Position numbers and translations under genes: made by a program. A DNA stretch of 45,479 bases, counting the filler, from Jimgerdemannia flammicorona (Eukaryota): the NCBI GenBank assembly GCA_003990765.1. It is 2 parts of 2 records of this genome, joined end to end, with 100 filler letters (N's around TTAATTAATTAA, not from the genome) between each part and the next. Parts side by side here need not be neighbours in the genome. Positions count along the whole stretch, not along the records: positions 1 to 22,691 come from RBNJ01001224.1; 1 more part is not named here. One strand, 5' to 3'. A model generated the notes under the pieces. That model saw only the letters and a list, made by a program, of their open reading frames with translations, had not been told where the DNA came from and searched no databases. Positions 1-12,450 of this stretch are shown here, one piece after another; the stretch's first letter is position 1; each line of letters begins with the position of its first letter.

Positions 1-3000
1 GCTGTCCCCCCTGAGGACCCCAACCCACCCACCACCCAGTCAACAGATCCCCCAACAGCCCCTCCCACCTCAACACCTTCTCTTGCAGCCCTAACTGCTG
101 CCCCTCCTCAAATACAAAATGCCAATGGCCCACCAGGCCCACCCATACTGCTAATACCCACCCTACAGTGAGCCAACTATTATCCACCCCACCCATAAGC
201 TGAGATCTCAAGTCCTCCCAGCGACCCCCCTCCCCCACCAGCCTATGCCCCACACCCAGTCTATCCCCTATTACATTCCAAAATTCCCCCAAGACCTCAC
301 ACTCTCCCAGTCAATGTTCTGGCATCTGTATATAACCTCCAGCTCACCCAACACCGTAATACTCCTCACAGTCAAATTGTCCCCCATCTACCAAATACCC
401 TGTGTGGAAATTCAGCATGACATTCCTCCGCAACATCCTCCACCATATCACTCAGAACTTGGGAGGAAGCCACCTCTGTACCTCTGCACTCCAAGACCAG
501 ATACCAGCCCAGTCCCACTCCTCGCTGATCCCTGCTACCTGCCATCCACTTGGCCAAAGATTCTGGCCCAGTCCCTGCTGACACTCTACTCCCTCCCCAA
601 TATCGAACATAGCAAGTGGAGTACCCCCCAGGAGCAGTCTATCCCAACACCACATACTAGGCCCCCACACTGCCTCCCCCTTATTGCCCTGCCAGTGTAG
701 GCCAATTCGGTGTGCCCCATCAACCACGCCCCACCAAAAGCCCTTGAACCTCAGCCTCCTAATTCCATTCAGCCCCACCAAAGAGAGCAGATCTCCAGAG
801 AACTCTCGAGGGGATGTTCGCATCTCCCATACCTTCTGCAGCAGAGGCACCTACCCTCCGCCCTGTAGTTCCACAGCTCGTTTCAACCACCAGGCTCACA
901 AGCAATATAGCCTCTTAGGGAAATCCACTAGGCCAAGACCTCTCCTAACTACCAGTCTCGCAAGAGTATCCCAACTGACCTGAGACCTCCTCCCTGCCCA
1001 AATCCAATCCCTAGCCACCTTCATCAGCTTCCTCACCACCCACACTGGGAAGTCGAGGTGATATGCCACATACCACAGCTTGGGGAACCAATATACATTC
1101 AGGATTAACACCTGCCCTGCTAGAGAGATATGGCGGCCTCCCCAGCTTTGAAGGGCCTCCCCCCAAATGTTCACCCTGCTCTCCCACCACATGCGTGGCA
1201 AGACAGAACCATATACAGAGAGGAAGATACCCAGATACCGCACCACCTCACTAGTAGGGACAATTGTTCCAATGATGTCCCCACCCACTAGCCCATTCCC
1301 TAGCACCATCATCTCACACTTATGCCAGTTGAGCTTTGCCCCTGAGTGAGCCTCATACCATTCCACAGTCTCCTGAAGTACCTCTACATCTGCCACAGAC
1401 CCAAGTCCAACCACCATATCATCAGCAAAGGCCCCCACCTTCCACACTATACCATAAATAGATAGCCCTGCCACCTTCTGGCGAATCCTATCCATCAACG
1501 GCTCCAGCAAAAGTGCATAGAGAATAGGGGACAGAGGGTCCCCCTGAGGAACTCCTCTTCCAAGGGAAATGCCCTCCCACAGTGACCATTACATGTCAGA
1601 GCTGCCCGACTGCTTTTCAGCAGACTCAACATTGAGGCCCTAAATCTTGGGGGAACCCCAATTTGGTCCAATACCTTGCCCAGCCACACCCGCCATACAC
1701 GGTCGTAGGCCTTCTCCTGGTCCAAAAAGACCAACCTTCCATCCAGTCCACAGGCCCGGGCCCCTTCAATGACACCATGAACCCATGCAGTCCCATCTCT
1801 TATAAGTCGGCCCCCAACAAAGCCCTGCTGCTCCTCCCCCAGCACCTGTTGGGCAACTTTCTGCAGCCTTGCGACAATCACCTTGGTCACCATCTTTCTG
1901 TCCATGTCCAGAAGTATGATCAGCCTCCAGTTCTTCCAGTCTTCCCTCCTCCCCTTGTCTTTGTACAATAAGGCCACCAGTCTGAGATCCTGCTCTCCAA
2001 CCCACTCACTGCTCTGAAGGACATGGTCACAGAGAGCAGCCATCTCACCCAAAACTCTAGGGACATTTACCATCTTCTTCCAGAAGTCCCATGGCAATCC
2101 ATCCTCCCCTGGCGCCATCCTAAGTTTAGTAGCTGCCAGGACACTCTGGATCTCCTCTCCCTGCACTGGTAAGATCAAGTCACCCAGTCCAGCTACTTGC
2201 GGTGGCCCCCACTCTTCTAGTGTATCTGCAATCTCCAACTCATCAGCACCCCCTTCTCCCTCACTCCACAAGCCCTGCCATCTCTCCTTCAAAACCCCTA
2301 AGATTTGTTGTGTGCTGTGTACCATGTCCCCATCAGCATTCAGGACCCCATCCCACTGATGTCACACTCTCCTAGCTTTGAGAAGTCTTGATAGGTACCT
2401 AGTAGGCCACTCCCCCTCCTCAAGACCCTGCCACCTTAACCTAGCAGCCATGCCCTGCATATGGGTCTCCTCCTCTTCCCTCAACACCTGTTGTAGTTCC
2501 ACTATCTCCAATTTCGCCCTCTCTATTCTCCAGTCCTCCATCCCATCAACAGTGAGCAAATCTGCCCAATCCAATTGTAGTCTCCGCAGCCTACTGGAAG
2601 CATACCTTGTGCACCTCCTCCTCTGCCTACCAGCCTCTCTACCAGCCTCTCCCCAATAAACCCTCGTAGCCTCTTTCAATCTCATCTAGCAGACAGCCAC
2701 AGGCAAACCCTCACACCTCCAGTTAGAAACTTTTGCCTGAATGTCCTTCACCCACAATTCCCACAACCCCTTCTTGGCCAGCAGGGAGGAGTTAAGGCAC
2801 CAATGTCTGGGTCCATCTCCACTCCCCCCAAACTGCCCCTGCCCCACCAGTCCCCAGTGATCAGACCATGGGCACTACTCCACTTCCAATGCCTTCCAAA
2901 CATCTGAACCCCAGCACTCCACCATCAGAATCCAGTCAATCCTTGTGCCCAAGCCATTCACCCAATGTGTGTAGACCCTGGTGTTACCCCACCTTGTTCT

Positions 3001-3536
3001 GCCCATATCCCCCAAGGAGCTCAACGCCTCCACCTCCTCCCATGCATCCAGACCTCCACTTCTACCCCCAGCACTCCTCCCTCCATCAGTTCTGTCCAGA
3101 CGCTGATCCTGAACCATATTAAAATTCCCACCAAGCACATCGACCCTTCCTTCAAGAGAATACCCTCCTCCAGCAGCCTCCTAATCCATGCAGTCCTCTC
3201 ACCCCTAGCCACAGGGCAGTAGCAAGAGCCCACCTTCACTGATTCCCACCCTGGCCGATGCCAATCTCCCCAGACCAAGCGATTGCCCCAGCTCCTGATT
3301 CCCCCCAAGTCTCCTCTGCCCTTCTACACCAAAATCACTACCTTTCCAAACCAAGCAGTAGCCCCACCCCATTCCCTAGTCCACTCTACCTGATCATCCT
3401 CATCCTCACACCAAACATCCTATAGTAAGAAGAGATCAGCCTCCAATCCCTTGAGCCAAGTAAAAATGTTCTTACATCGCCCAGAGCCCCTCAACCCATT
3501 CATATTCAAGGAGAAAATGTTGGTTGTACTGTTCAT
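1..3536 (-). pseudogene. LINE ORF2 (APE endonuclease + reverse transcriptase + C-terminal Cys/His motif), disrupted
   Basis: Starts MNSTTNIFSLNMNGL...ADLFLL*D (APE N-terminus), then GGNFN and TRIDWIL, then RT motifs APGEDG, KNWRLI, EQQGFVGGR, LDQEKAYDRV, QGDPLSP (frameshifted), AFADD, YLGI and GLGL. Confidence 0.92.
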
Positions 3537-3567
3537 AAAGAAAAATGATATATCGTGGTCCCATCCT

Positions 3568-5599
3568 CTACAAGTCCGTACTCCGCTCCTCCTGCACCAA
3601 GTCCAAGTTATGTTCAGCAGCTAGTTCCCTCTCCCCAGCTTCCCTTGCTGCCAACTCTCCCAGAAGTTCCACCATTGCCCCATCTTCATACTCCTCAAAA
3701 TCCTTGCGATATTCCAGACAGGCCTCCTGCCAGAGCCATAGACCATGATTCTCTGCCCAGCAGTAGGCTGCCTGCTCACCAGCAACCACCCCCAGCTCTG
3801 CCTTCCTCACCTCATCAACCTCATATCCCTCCTCCTCCAGGAAAATTTCCAGAACCTCCACCTTCAGTGCCTCCACCATTCCATCACTATGCAGAATCCA
3901 TGCCCAATGCTTCTCAGGCATCGCTCACAGATCCACTTCTCCCAAAGCTTCTGCTATGAGATTATCCATCACCTTGCGCATCCACAACAAGTTCCCCACC
4001 TCCTTCCCTCCTGGAGTCCCTGGCCGTCCTGCATCCAGCATCATGGTGTCAGCTCCTACACTGGCAGCCTCATCCCACTCCTCCTCAGGGACATCCACCA
4101 GCTCATCCTCACCAACTGCCACCACCTGACCCCCTTGCTCCACATCAGGGACCCCAAAGTGCACCTGCTAGACCCCCTGCATCTGCATATCCTCCATCAC
4201 CCCTCTCTTCCAATTGGGCCCCTCCTGATAAGAGGGGGAGGGGTGGCATCCAACTCTGGCTCCCACACTTCAAAGGTACCATCAGCAAATGGGTCCTTGT
4301 CCAGCTTCTTCCCAGTCTCTGCCTCCTTCACCTCCACCTCCTCTCCTTCTTTACCAGCCCAGATACTGGCCTTAATGCCTCCAGACTCCTTGGCTCCAAC
4401 TGATGTCTTCTTCTCCCCTCCTGTCATACTTGCCAACAGCTCCCTCTGCCTCTTGTATCCCTGGGCCTGCTCCCACTGCTTCTTATCCATATGGATATGC
4501 TTCCCGCCCACAACCTCCAGATGCATCGACTCCTCATACAGTTTCCAGGCCTTTGCCCTCCTCTCTACAGCACCACTCAACTCCTCCAGCACCTCCAACA
4601 AGTCCTCCTCCTCCTTCTCACTCCCTTTCACCCTTGATACCTTACATACAACAGCCCCCCACATCAGCACTGAGGGCCAGTCACTTGTCTTCCCTGTAGC
4701 CTCCTTCCCTGCCAACCGAATCCTGACATCAATGTCGCCTGTCCTGAAAGTTGTCCCCTCTCACAACTGAAAGCCAATGTCCACCACATCACCATACTCG
4801 ACCATCACCTCTTCCACCCTCCTCCTAGTCTCCTCCTTAGTCATCATGGGCACTCCCCTCACCAGAAGCTGCACCACCCTGGGGTCCCACCTTAAGCACC
4901 TCACCATGGGGACCACCATCTCCCCAACCACCACTCCAGTCTTCATTGCCTCATCCAGTGGGCCCACCTCCTCAAAGCCCACCTCAACTCCTTCCAGTCT
5001 CTTCAAAAACTTCACTGAGGCCGCCCCAGCCACCTGCTTCGAAATCAGCCCCAGCACTATCCTCGCTGTCACTGCCAAGCCCCAGAAGCACAAGGTAACC
5101 ACGAACTCCGAGATTGACTTCTTGAGCAATGGGGCCACCACTAGTCCCGTTACACCATCCACCAGGTCTCCCTTCTGCATCGGGAACCCCTGCCCCCCCT
5201 GACCATCAGCTGTCACATCTCTTTTTTTTTCCTGATTCACAATCACGCCACCATCAGCAGTCCCACCACTACCCCCAGCAGTCCCTCCACTTCCCCCACC
5301 TCCCGCCAGCGAAGGCCCAGCTCCCCCAGCATTTCCATCCTTCTGCTTCCCCTTCCCTCCTGCCTGTCCACCATGAGTGCCCATCGGCCAGCCCCCATCC
5401 CTCAGCATGTCCACAAAGCTCCTCCCCTGCTCCCTCCAGCCCCCCCTCCAGTGCCACCTCCACTACCCAAGCTGCCCTGCCCACTCGAGCCACTGAAAGA
5501 CCCCATCCCCAATCCATACCCTCTCCTAACATGCTGCCAGTTGAAGGCCCCAGGTCCACCCAACCTAGTATGCACATCAGCTTGCTTACTAGTTGATAT
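3568..5599 (-). pseudogene. LINE ORF1 (nucleic-acid-binding, RRM-like), disrupted; start codon mutated to ATA
   Basis: Lies upstream of ORF2 on the same strand. The segment VQLLVRGVP...YGDVVDIGFQL...FRTGDIDVRI resembles L1-clade ORF1 RRM. Homologous to 34856-36880, which retains the ATG. Confidence 0.8.
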
Positions 5600-7152
5600 C
5601 TCCTTAATCTCTTTCTCCAATAAACGATTTGAAAGTGTGTTGGAAAGTGTGTGTAACATGAATTGTAGCGGAGAGAGATAACTGTAGCAAAATATCAATA
5701 ACTGATACATGTGAATATTATATATATTATGGTGAGTTTATAAACTGTTTATGAACTCTTTAACTAAAAAAATATTTTTTTTTAAAAGATATTCCTCCTA
5801 TGTATGAGAGGGATTTTCAAATTACTTAGTATTGTCAAATACCTTACAATATTTGTTAAGTGGTACTTCTATATCTTATTATTAGTCCAGACTGAAAAAA
5901 TACTTATAGATCAAGATATATTATTATCTCAATTTAATAAACTAAAAGAGCAGTTTGCAAAGATCTCACTAAGTTTACTAAACTTTGAAAAACTCTACTC
6001 TCTATAGTATATTTCTGAGTTAACTCAAAGATTTAGTATACTAGATAATACTAATATAAAGATAACTAAACATCAATATTATATGAAAGTTAAGATATCA
6101 TATTGATGAATAAACAAATGTGATTCTCTTCTCTAAGTTATCAAGTTTGTAGAGTGCCAAACAGTACTTAAGGACAAGCTTGATTATATTACAACCAGTA
6201 AGCTCATAGATACCTTAAGCTTACCAATAACTGAAAAATACTAGAATCTGAGTACTAGTATCTTTAAAGATGCACTCTATATTGATGAAATTTCAAAATT
6301 GTTTGAGCTATATAACCTCAAACTTATTACTCAGATGTTTTTTTATAATCTCCTATTTGCATCTAAAAATAGATATTATTATTGAGTGAATAGAAAGAAT
6401 CTTCTCAAACTTTCAAATCCAATAGTAAGTTATTTATGTTAAGTTAGCCTGTGAACCTTTTTGTGATATTTCTAATATTTCTTCTTGATCTCTATAGATT
6501 AATATCTTTACTACTTTATCAATTAGAGTTCATGACCTATTTGTAGATACAAAATTAAGTTTGGCTATATTTTACCAACTTGTCTACTGTAAGTGACAGT
6601 TCTATAAAAGTTTATGATATGACTGAATAGTATTGTATAATCTCACAGACAAGCAGTTTGAGATAAGATAAGATATAGACAAATATCTTTTTGCCCAAGT
6701 TCACCTTCTCTTCAAAATTGAGTAAGATCACCAAGTCTATCAGTAGTACAATATAGTAAATATTGAGAATTCTAATACTAAAAACATAATCTCTCATAAT
6801 TGTGAGATAGAAATAACTATCACTATATAAACTAGATAGTTCAATATTATATCTATAGATGTAATTATGTATTTGTATAATATACATGTAACCTTTATTT
6901 GAGAAATATGATTCAGTAAGAAAGAACTTAGTATATATATTAAATATATATTCTTTTCATTCATATTTAGTAAATAAGTATGCAGATTATGTATTATGAG
7001 AGGAACTTTTTCAAATATATTGTGACAAACCAGAATGTATCACCCAAATTATACCTTAGCCAGATAATGTGAACACACAGCATAGTAACCAGCAACCATT
7101 GCTGCAGAAACTGTATAAATAGTCAGACTACCAGATAAGATATATCTGTGCA

Positions 7153-7275
7153 GGACCTGCACACCTGTGCCAGACCTACATACTTGTGCTGGACCTGCAC
7201 ACCTGTGCCAGACCTATACACTTGTGCTGGACCTGCACACCTGTGCCAGACCTACACACTTGTGCTGGACCTGTA
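7153..7275 (+). repeat. 38-bp tandem repeat, 3 copies plus a partial (1 copy plus a partial in the 3' LTR)
   Basis: GGACCTGCACACCTGTGCCAGACCTACATACTTGTGCT repeated; single copy at about 17744-17781. Confidence 0.9.
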
Positions 7276-8078
7276 CAACTTGCCATAGATAGCAAATCTA
7301 TAGTTAGCCACATAGCAACCAGATAGCAACCAACTTGTATAAATTACCCAAGAGACAAGAGTGAATAAACCTCAGTCCGAAATTGAAGCAAAAGACAAGT
7401 CTGCCTACCACACTTCGAGAGGAACTCTACAGCCACTGCTAGGAGATTGTGAGCTTATTTCCCCACTCCAGTCTACTTTTTGACACAAAGAATGAGTCTG
7501 AAATACAAACACTAAAGAAGCCTCTAAAGATTGAGCATTGGTCCCCTTTCTACTCTGGTCCACTTTCCAATACAAAGAAGAGTTTGTTACATCTTTTTGG
7601 TTTGCTTGCCAGATAAGCCTGAAGATTTGCCACCAAGTTCAAGAAAGAACTTCGCCACCTTTTGAAGAACCTGCTGCTTAAGGAATAAGCCATGCTATTG
7701 GTATGCTTGCCAGATAAGCCTGAAGAACCCAAGGTTTCACCGCCATTCTTGCCACAAGTCAGTCTTTCTGATGCAACTTCGCAGTAGAGCCAGTCTACGA
7801 TATAACCCTGTGCAAATGAAGCCAGTCTTTGACATAACTTGCCAAGAATCCGAGTTATTTCCCAGAAGCCCACCGATTCTAGAGAATCTATGTCACCTGC
7901 CATTTTCGAGTTATCCGTATTCCCAGAAGAACCCACGCTATTCGAGTAATATTCCCAGTTAAAGCCAATTCGCATCATCCGAGTTATCTACACCATCCAA
8001 GTTATTTGTTATTCCCAGTGAGCCTGAGTTATCAAGTTATCCATCATCAGTATAATTCCCAGTAAGAAGAATTCACAC

Positions 8079-9549
8079 TGGATTTGGTGACTTCTTTTGC
8101 TCAAACCACTCAGAGCGAGCTAAGCCACACAGATAGGGGCAATACAGGCAACATGGGTAATATGGGCAACACAGGTGGGCAAGACGGGCAAGATGGCAAG
8201 ATAGCAAGATAGGCAATATGGGCAAGATGGGCAGATGGCAAGATAGGCAATATGGGCAAAATGGGCAAAATGGGCAATATGGGCAACATGGGCAATATGG
8301 GCGGACAATACTGGCAACATGGGCAATATGGGCAGACAACACAGACAACATGGGCAACATGGGTAACATGGGCAACATGGGCAGGCAAGACAGACAAGAC
8401 AGGCAAGACAGGCAAGATGGGCAAGATGGGCAAGATGGGCAAGATGGCAAGATGATAAGATGGGCAACATGGGCAAGACAGGCAAGACAGGCAAGACAGG
8501 CAAGACAGGCAAGACAGGCAAGATGGGCAAGATGGGCAAGATGGCAAGATGGCAAGACAGCAAGATGGGCAACATAGACAAGATGGGCAGATGGCAAGAC
8601 AGACAACATGGGCAAGATGGGCAAAATGGGCAAAATGGGCAAAATGGGCAACATAGGCAACACAGGCAACATGGGCGGACAACACAGGCAACACAGGCAA
8701 CATGGGTAACATGGGCAACATGGGCGGGCAAGATGGGCAAGATGGACAAGATGGGCAAGACAGACAAGATGGCAAGATGGGCGACATGGGTAAGACAGGC
8801 AGATGGCAAGACAGGCGACATAGGCAAGATGGGTAAAACAGGCAAAACAGGCAATATGGGCAATATGGGCAATACGGGCAACACGGGTAACATGGGCAAT
8901 ATGGGCAACATGGGCAACATGGGCAACATGGGCAACACAGGTGGGCAAGATGGGCAAGATGGGCAAGATGGGCAAGATGGGCAAGATGGGCAAGACAGCA
9001 AGATGGTAACATGGGCAAACATGGGCAACACAGGTGGGCAAGATGGACAAGACAGGCGATATGGGCAAGATGGGCAAAACAGGCAAAATGGGCAATACGG
9101 ACAACATGGGCAACATGGGCAACACAGGCAACATGGGACATGGGCAACACAGGTGGGTAAGACAGGCAAGACAGGCAAGATGGGCAAGACAGGCAAGACG
9201 GCAAGATGGCAATATGGGCAACATGGGTAACATGAGCAAGTAAGACAGGCAAGACAGCTATATGGGCAAGACAGGAGGCACTAATAGGGGTAGGTCAGAT
9301 GCACTAGATGCCAAGTACTTAAGGTAGTTGGGGCTTACAACCCATACCTACTGGGTGAGGCAGACCAGGTAGGAGGATCTAGTTACTCAGGCAGTGAGAT
9401 CACAACTCACACCCTAAAGGTGCAAGGCTGGGTAAGGATGAAGGTGGGTTGAGATTGGAGTAGAATGGGGCTACTGATGTTGTATGAGGATATGTGGCAT
9501 GTTATAGATAGTTAATAAATGAGGCTACAGAAAAAAAAAAAAAAAAAAA
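8079..9549 (+). mobile_element. Non-autonomous poly(A)-tailed retroposed insert (SINE-like) composed mainly of a 9-bp tandem array
   Basis: Absent from the 3' LTR. AATAAA at 9514-9519, A-tract at 9531-9551. Degenerate 12-bp TSD aagaattcacac (8067-8078) / aaggatttgtac (9550-9561) matches the empty site aaggatttgcgc in the 3' LTR. Confidence 0.85.
8138..9275 (+). repeat. Approximately 1.1-kb minisatellite of 8-9-bp units GGCAA(G/C/T/A)A(TG/CA/CG)
   Basis: Directly visible; it produces the repetitive ORFs in most frames. Confidence 0.97.
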
Positions 9550-10027
9550 AAGGATTTGTACCATACTCTATTCCCAGTGAGCCAAATCGAGTTACCCGCC
9601 AAATTATCAAAATGTCCCACATAAGAAACTCATCGTGCTACACAGAGATCACTATCCAAATTGTATAAGGAAAGCCGCCAAATTACCAGACCATTACGAA
9701 CAGAGATCATCATGCTATACAGAGATCACCTGTTACTCAAGAAAGAAACTGCTCACACTATATATAAATTCTGCCATTCTCAGTTGACCCAGGAAGGAAA
9801 CCCATTCATACAAATTGCCGCTATACCCAGAGAACCATCCCAATTAGGAAATCGACATACAAATCACTCGCAGATATCCAGCTTTGACTATTATACCACT
9901 AAATACCAAGGACCTCAGGAATCATAGAACATTTTGTTGCTTTTTGACAAAGTAACTGGGGGCTCAAGCCAAACTACATCAACCTCCAATCTTGTAATTT
10001 GCCTCTATTGAGCTGGCATGTTACATT

Positions 10028-10044
10028 TGGGGGCTCAACTGAGA
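10028..10044 (+). promoter_or_regulatory. Primer-binding site, tRNA-Pro type
   Basis: TGGGGGCTCAACTGAGA begins after a 2-nt spacer following the LTR end; resembles the tRNA-Pro PBS TGGGGGCTCGTCCGGGA. Confidence 0.75.
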
Positions 10045-10582
10045 AGATTTCAAATCAATGTGACTTTTCAGCTCACAAGAACCCACAGTCAAGCTGGATA
10101 CATTTGATACAACACCAATCTCTGCTACTACAGGAGAACCAGTTATCACCAGCATCTGGACAAGAAGAGAAGTAATTACTTCAAGACTTGCTAATTACCT
10201 AGCATCAGAAGGATTCCAACCAGAACCAGAAGGCAGTACAGCCTGAAATCTCCAACCAGATCAACCAGACAATACAGATAGCCCTCCAAGAGATTTTGGA
10301 GAACTTGCACAAGAACTAGAAGATCTTATCACACGAACCCAATACTTTACAGCCAGACACCCCACACCAGTTCCACCAATCTCACCAATAGAACCCCTAC
10401 CACAACCTCTTGCAGAACCAGAAGTAGCTCCTACAAGAATACCTAGGCCTATTCCACTCCATCCAAGGACCAGAACACCATCTTCAAGATACCCAAGCAC
10501 CCCCATCTCCAGTGACAGTTCAGAAAGTGAATCAGAATTAGAATCTGAACTTGAACTAGAATCAGAAGAAAGTGACAATGAA

Positions 10583-11506
10583 ATGGCCACCTCATTGCCA
10601 ATCTTTGCAGGATACTCAGAGAAAGACCCTAGAGAATTCCTTGATGGAATTGAAGGAATTGCAGCCTTGAGGAATCTCTTAGATGAAAGAAAAATTGCCA
10701 TCTACAAAGCTCAGCTCAGAGAACCAGCCAGAGGAATTTTCCATCGAACAGCAAACAACCGAGATTCAGAACTAGCAAGACAAATACAAGCAGTAATGTC
10801 TGATGAGCTAAAATATGAGGCCATGGTCCACTGGCTCATTGAAAAGTATGCAGGAAATGAAACCTGCCACAAGGCTCAAGAATCCATCATGGGGATGAAG
10901 ATGAATCTTGGAGAGTCACCCAGAGCCTTTTTTATAAGAATCCAGAAGAGAAGGCATTCTGCCAGATTCAATGCCACCAATCAGGACATCATAGGTCCAA
11001 TGACCTTCATGAATGGAATTCCTCCGAATATTGCTCAGCATGTCCACACTCTAGGCATCAGAAGGTCTGAAGAGCAAGTAGATGCAGCCCAAGGATTCTT
11101 TGATGTCAGACAAGGAACTACCTGGACTGATCATGACAGAAAAGAAAAGAAAGAAGACATCCTGGTCAAAGCCCTACAAGGACTCTTTCAAGGACAAGAA
11201 AGATCTGAAGAAAGAAGGCCAGCCAAGGAAGGAAAGAAGGACAAAAATGAAATCCAAGACCTCAGCTCTAAGTTAGACTGATTGGTTGGACAGATTGAAA
11301 AACTCACTACACATGAAAATCAGAGCTACCAAGATAACAGAGGATACCCACCACAGAGGAGCCAAGGTTATCCACCAAGAGATAATAGGAGTTATCAGCA
11401 AGAAGAGAGAAGATACCCTGTCCGAGACAGAGCCCAAGTCCAATACTTCTACTGTGGACAATTCAGACACTATGCCACTGAATGTGACAACAAAAGAAGT
11501 GACTGA
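10583..11506 (+). pseudogene. Gypsy gag (capsid + mutated CCHC knuckle); may extend upstream in frame
   Basis: LPIFAGYSEKDPREFL N-terminal motif, MNLGESPRAFFIRI (MHR-like), (C>Y)FYCGQFRHYATEC zinc knuckle. Same reading frame as the protease. Confidence 0.88.
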
Positions 11507-12089
11507 AGGAACTCAGAACTACCAAATTGAAGGAATGACACTCAGTACAAGAAGACTGAAGCCCATCCTGTTGAAGATTTCGAAGAAGCAAGTAATAGTA
11601 AAGACTACAGTGACCTAGACTTGTACCCCACTAAGGTTACAATCCAGAAAACAGTCTATCCAGCAGAGAAAAGAAAGAGACCTGTAGGAAGACCATCCAG
11701 GAACATCAGCAGAAGAATCTTCCAAGAAGAGGATGAAGAACATGAGGAGGAACAAGTAGAGACACCTCCCTGAACCCCTTCACCTTTTGTCTCCAAGACA
11801 AATAAGTTGCCACCAGAAGATGAAGAAATGGAATAAGAAGAATGGGAACCTGCTGCTCCAAAGCCTAAGAAGAAGTACACTCCAAAGACCATACCTAGAG
11901 ACATTTACAATGAAGCCTGGCAGAAGATTCAAGAAGCCAAGATGGAAGTTCCTCTCCTGCAGTTCTTGCAACTGACACCAGCTGGAGTCCAAAACAAATT
12001 GCTAAGAACCACCAGGTCTAGCACTGGCCGAGTTCCAATCCCACAGCAAGAACCAGCTTCCATCTCTGTCCAAGCAGCTGAAAGATATG

Positions 12090-12450
12090 TCAGCACTTAC
12101 TTACATGGAGATATTGGAAGACAAAAAGCGAAAATCCTTATCAATACAGGAGCAGCTGTCTGTGTCATTGCCAAACGATTCTTGGACACCCTCCAATGGC
12201 CCATTGATGGACCATCCAACCTCAGCATCATAGTAGCAGATGGAGCCCGAACTCAACCCCTTGAAGAAGTATGAAATATCACCATCTCTCTTGGACACAT
12301 TCAGTTCTCCATTCCCAAAGCTGTTGTCACTGAAGCTGTCACCTATGACATGATTCTTGGCACTAACTGGATGAAGGAAATGAATGCAGTTGTTGATATC
12401 AGCCAACAAGTACTCAAGTTTGATTACTGAGGCAAGAAGTATAGGGTTAA
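12090..12450 (+). pseudogene. Gypsy aspartic protease (catalytic D mutated to N)
   Basis: KILINTGAAVCVI ... IIVADG ... YDMILGTNWM. Confidence 0.88.

Larger units (their letters stand above)
1..5679 (-). mobile_element. L1/Tx1-like non-LTR retrotransposon, copy A (3' end runs off the left window edge; disrupted by stops and frameshifts)
   Basis: Minus strand gives ORF1 followed by ORF2 with an APE endonuclease and RT motifs. The 5' end is defined by where homology to copy D (44874) stops. Colinear with copy B (34772-40656). Confidence 0.93.
7021..10025 (+). repeat. 5' LTR (1446-bp core + 1471-bp insert + 12-bp TSD + two extra 38-bp repeat units)
   Basis: Colinear with 17612-19057. Subtracting the insert, TSD and extra units gives 3005-1471-12-76 = 1446 bp, the 3' LTR length. 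Confidence 0.95.

Noticed and set aside
245..5681. Many plus-strand Pro/Ser/His-rich ORFs
   Set aside because: Antisense shadows of the G-rich LINE coding strand.
8073..9252. Long Cys/Pro-rich or MGK/DGQ ORFs (metallothionein-, collagen- or antifreeze-like)
   Set aside because: By-product of a stop-poor 9-bp array that is open in most frames on both strands; 8-bp units shift the frames; no promoter or splice context.
8138..9275. CRISPR-like or telomeric array
   Set aside because: No unique spacers, no cas genes, eukaryotic context, not terminal, and the unit is unlike TTAGGG.
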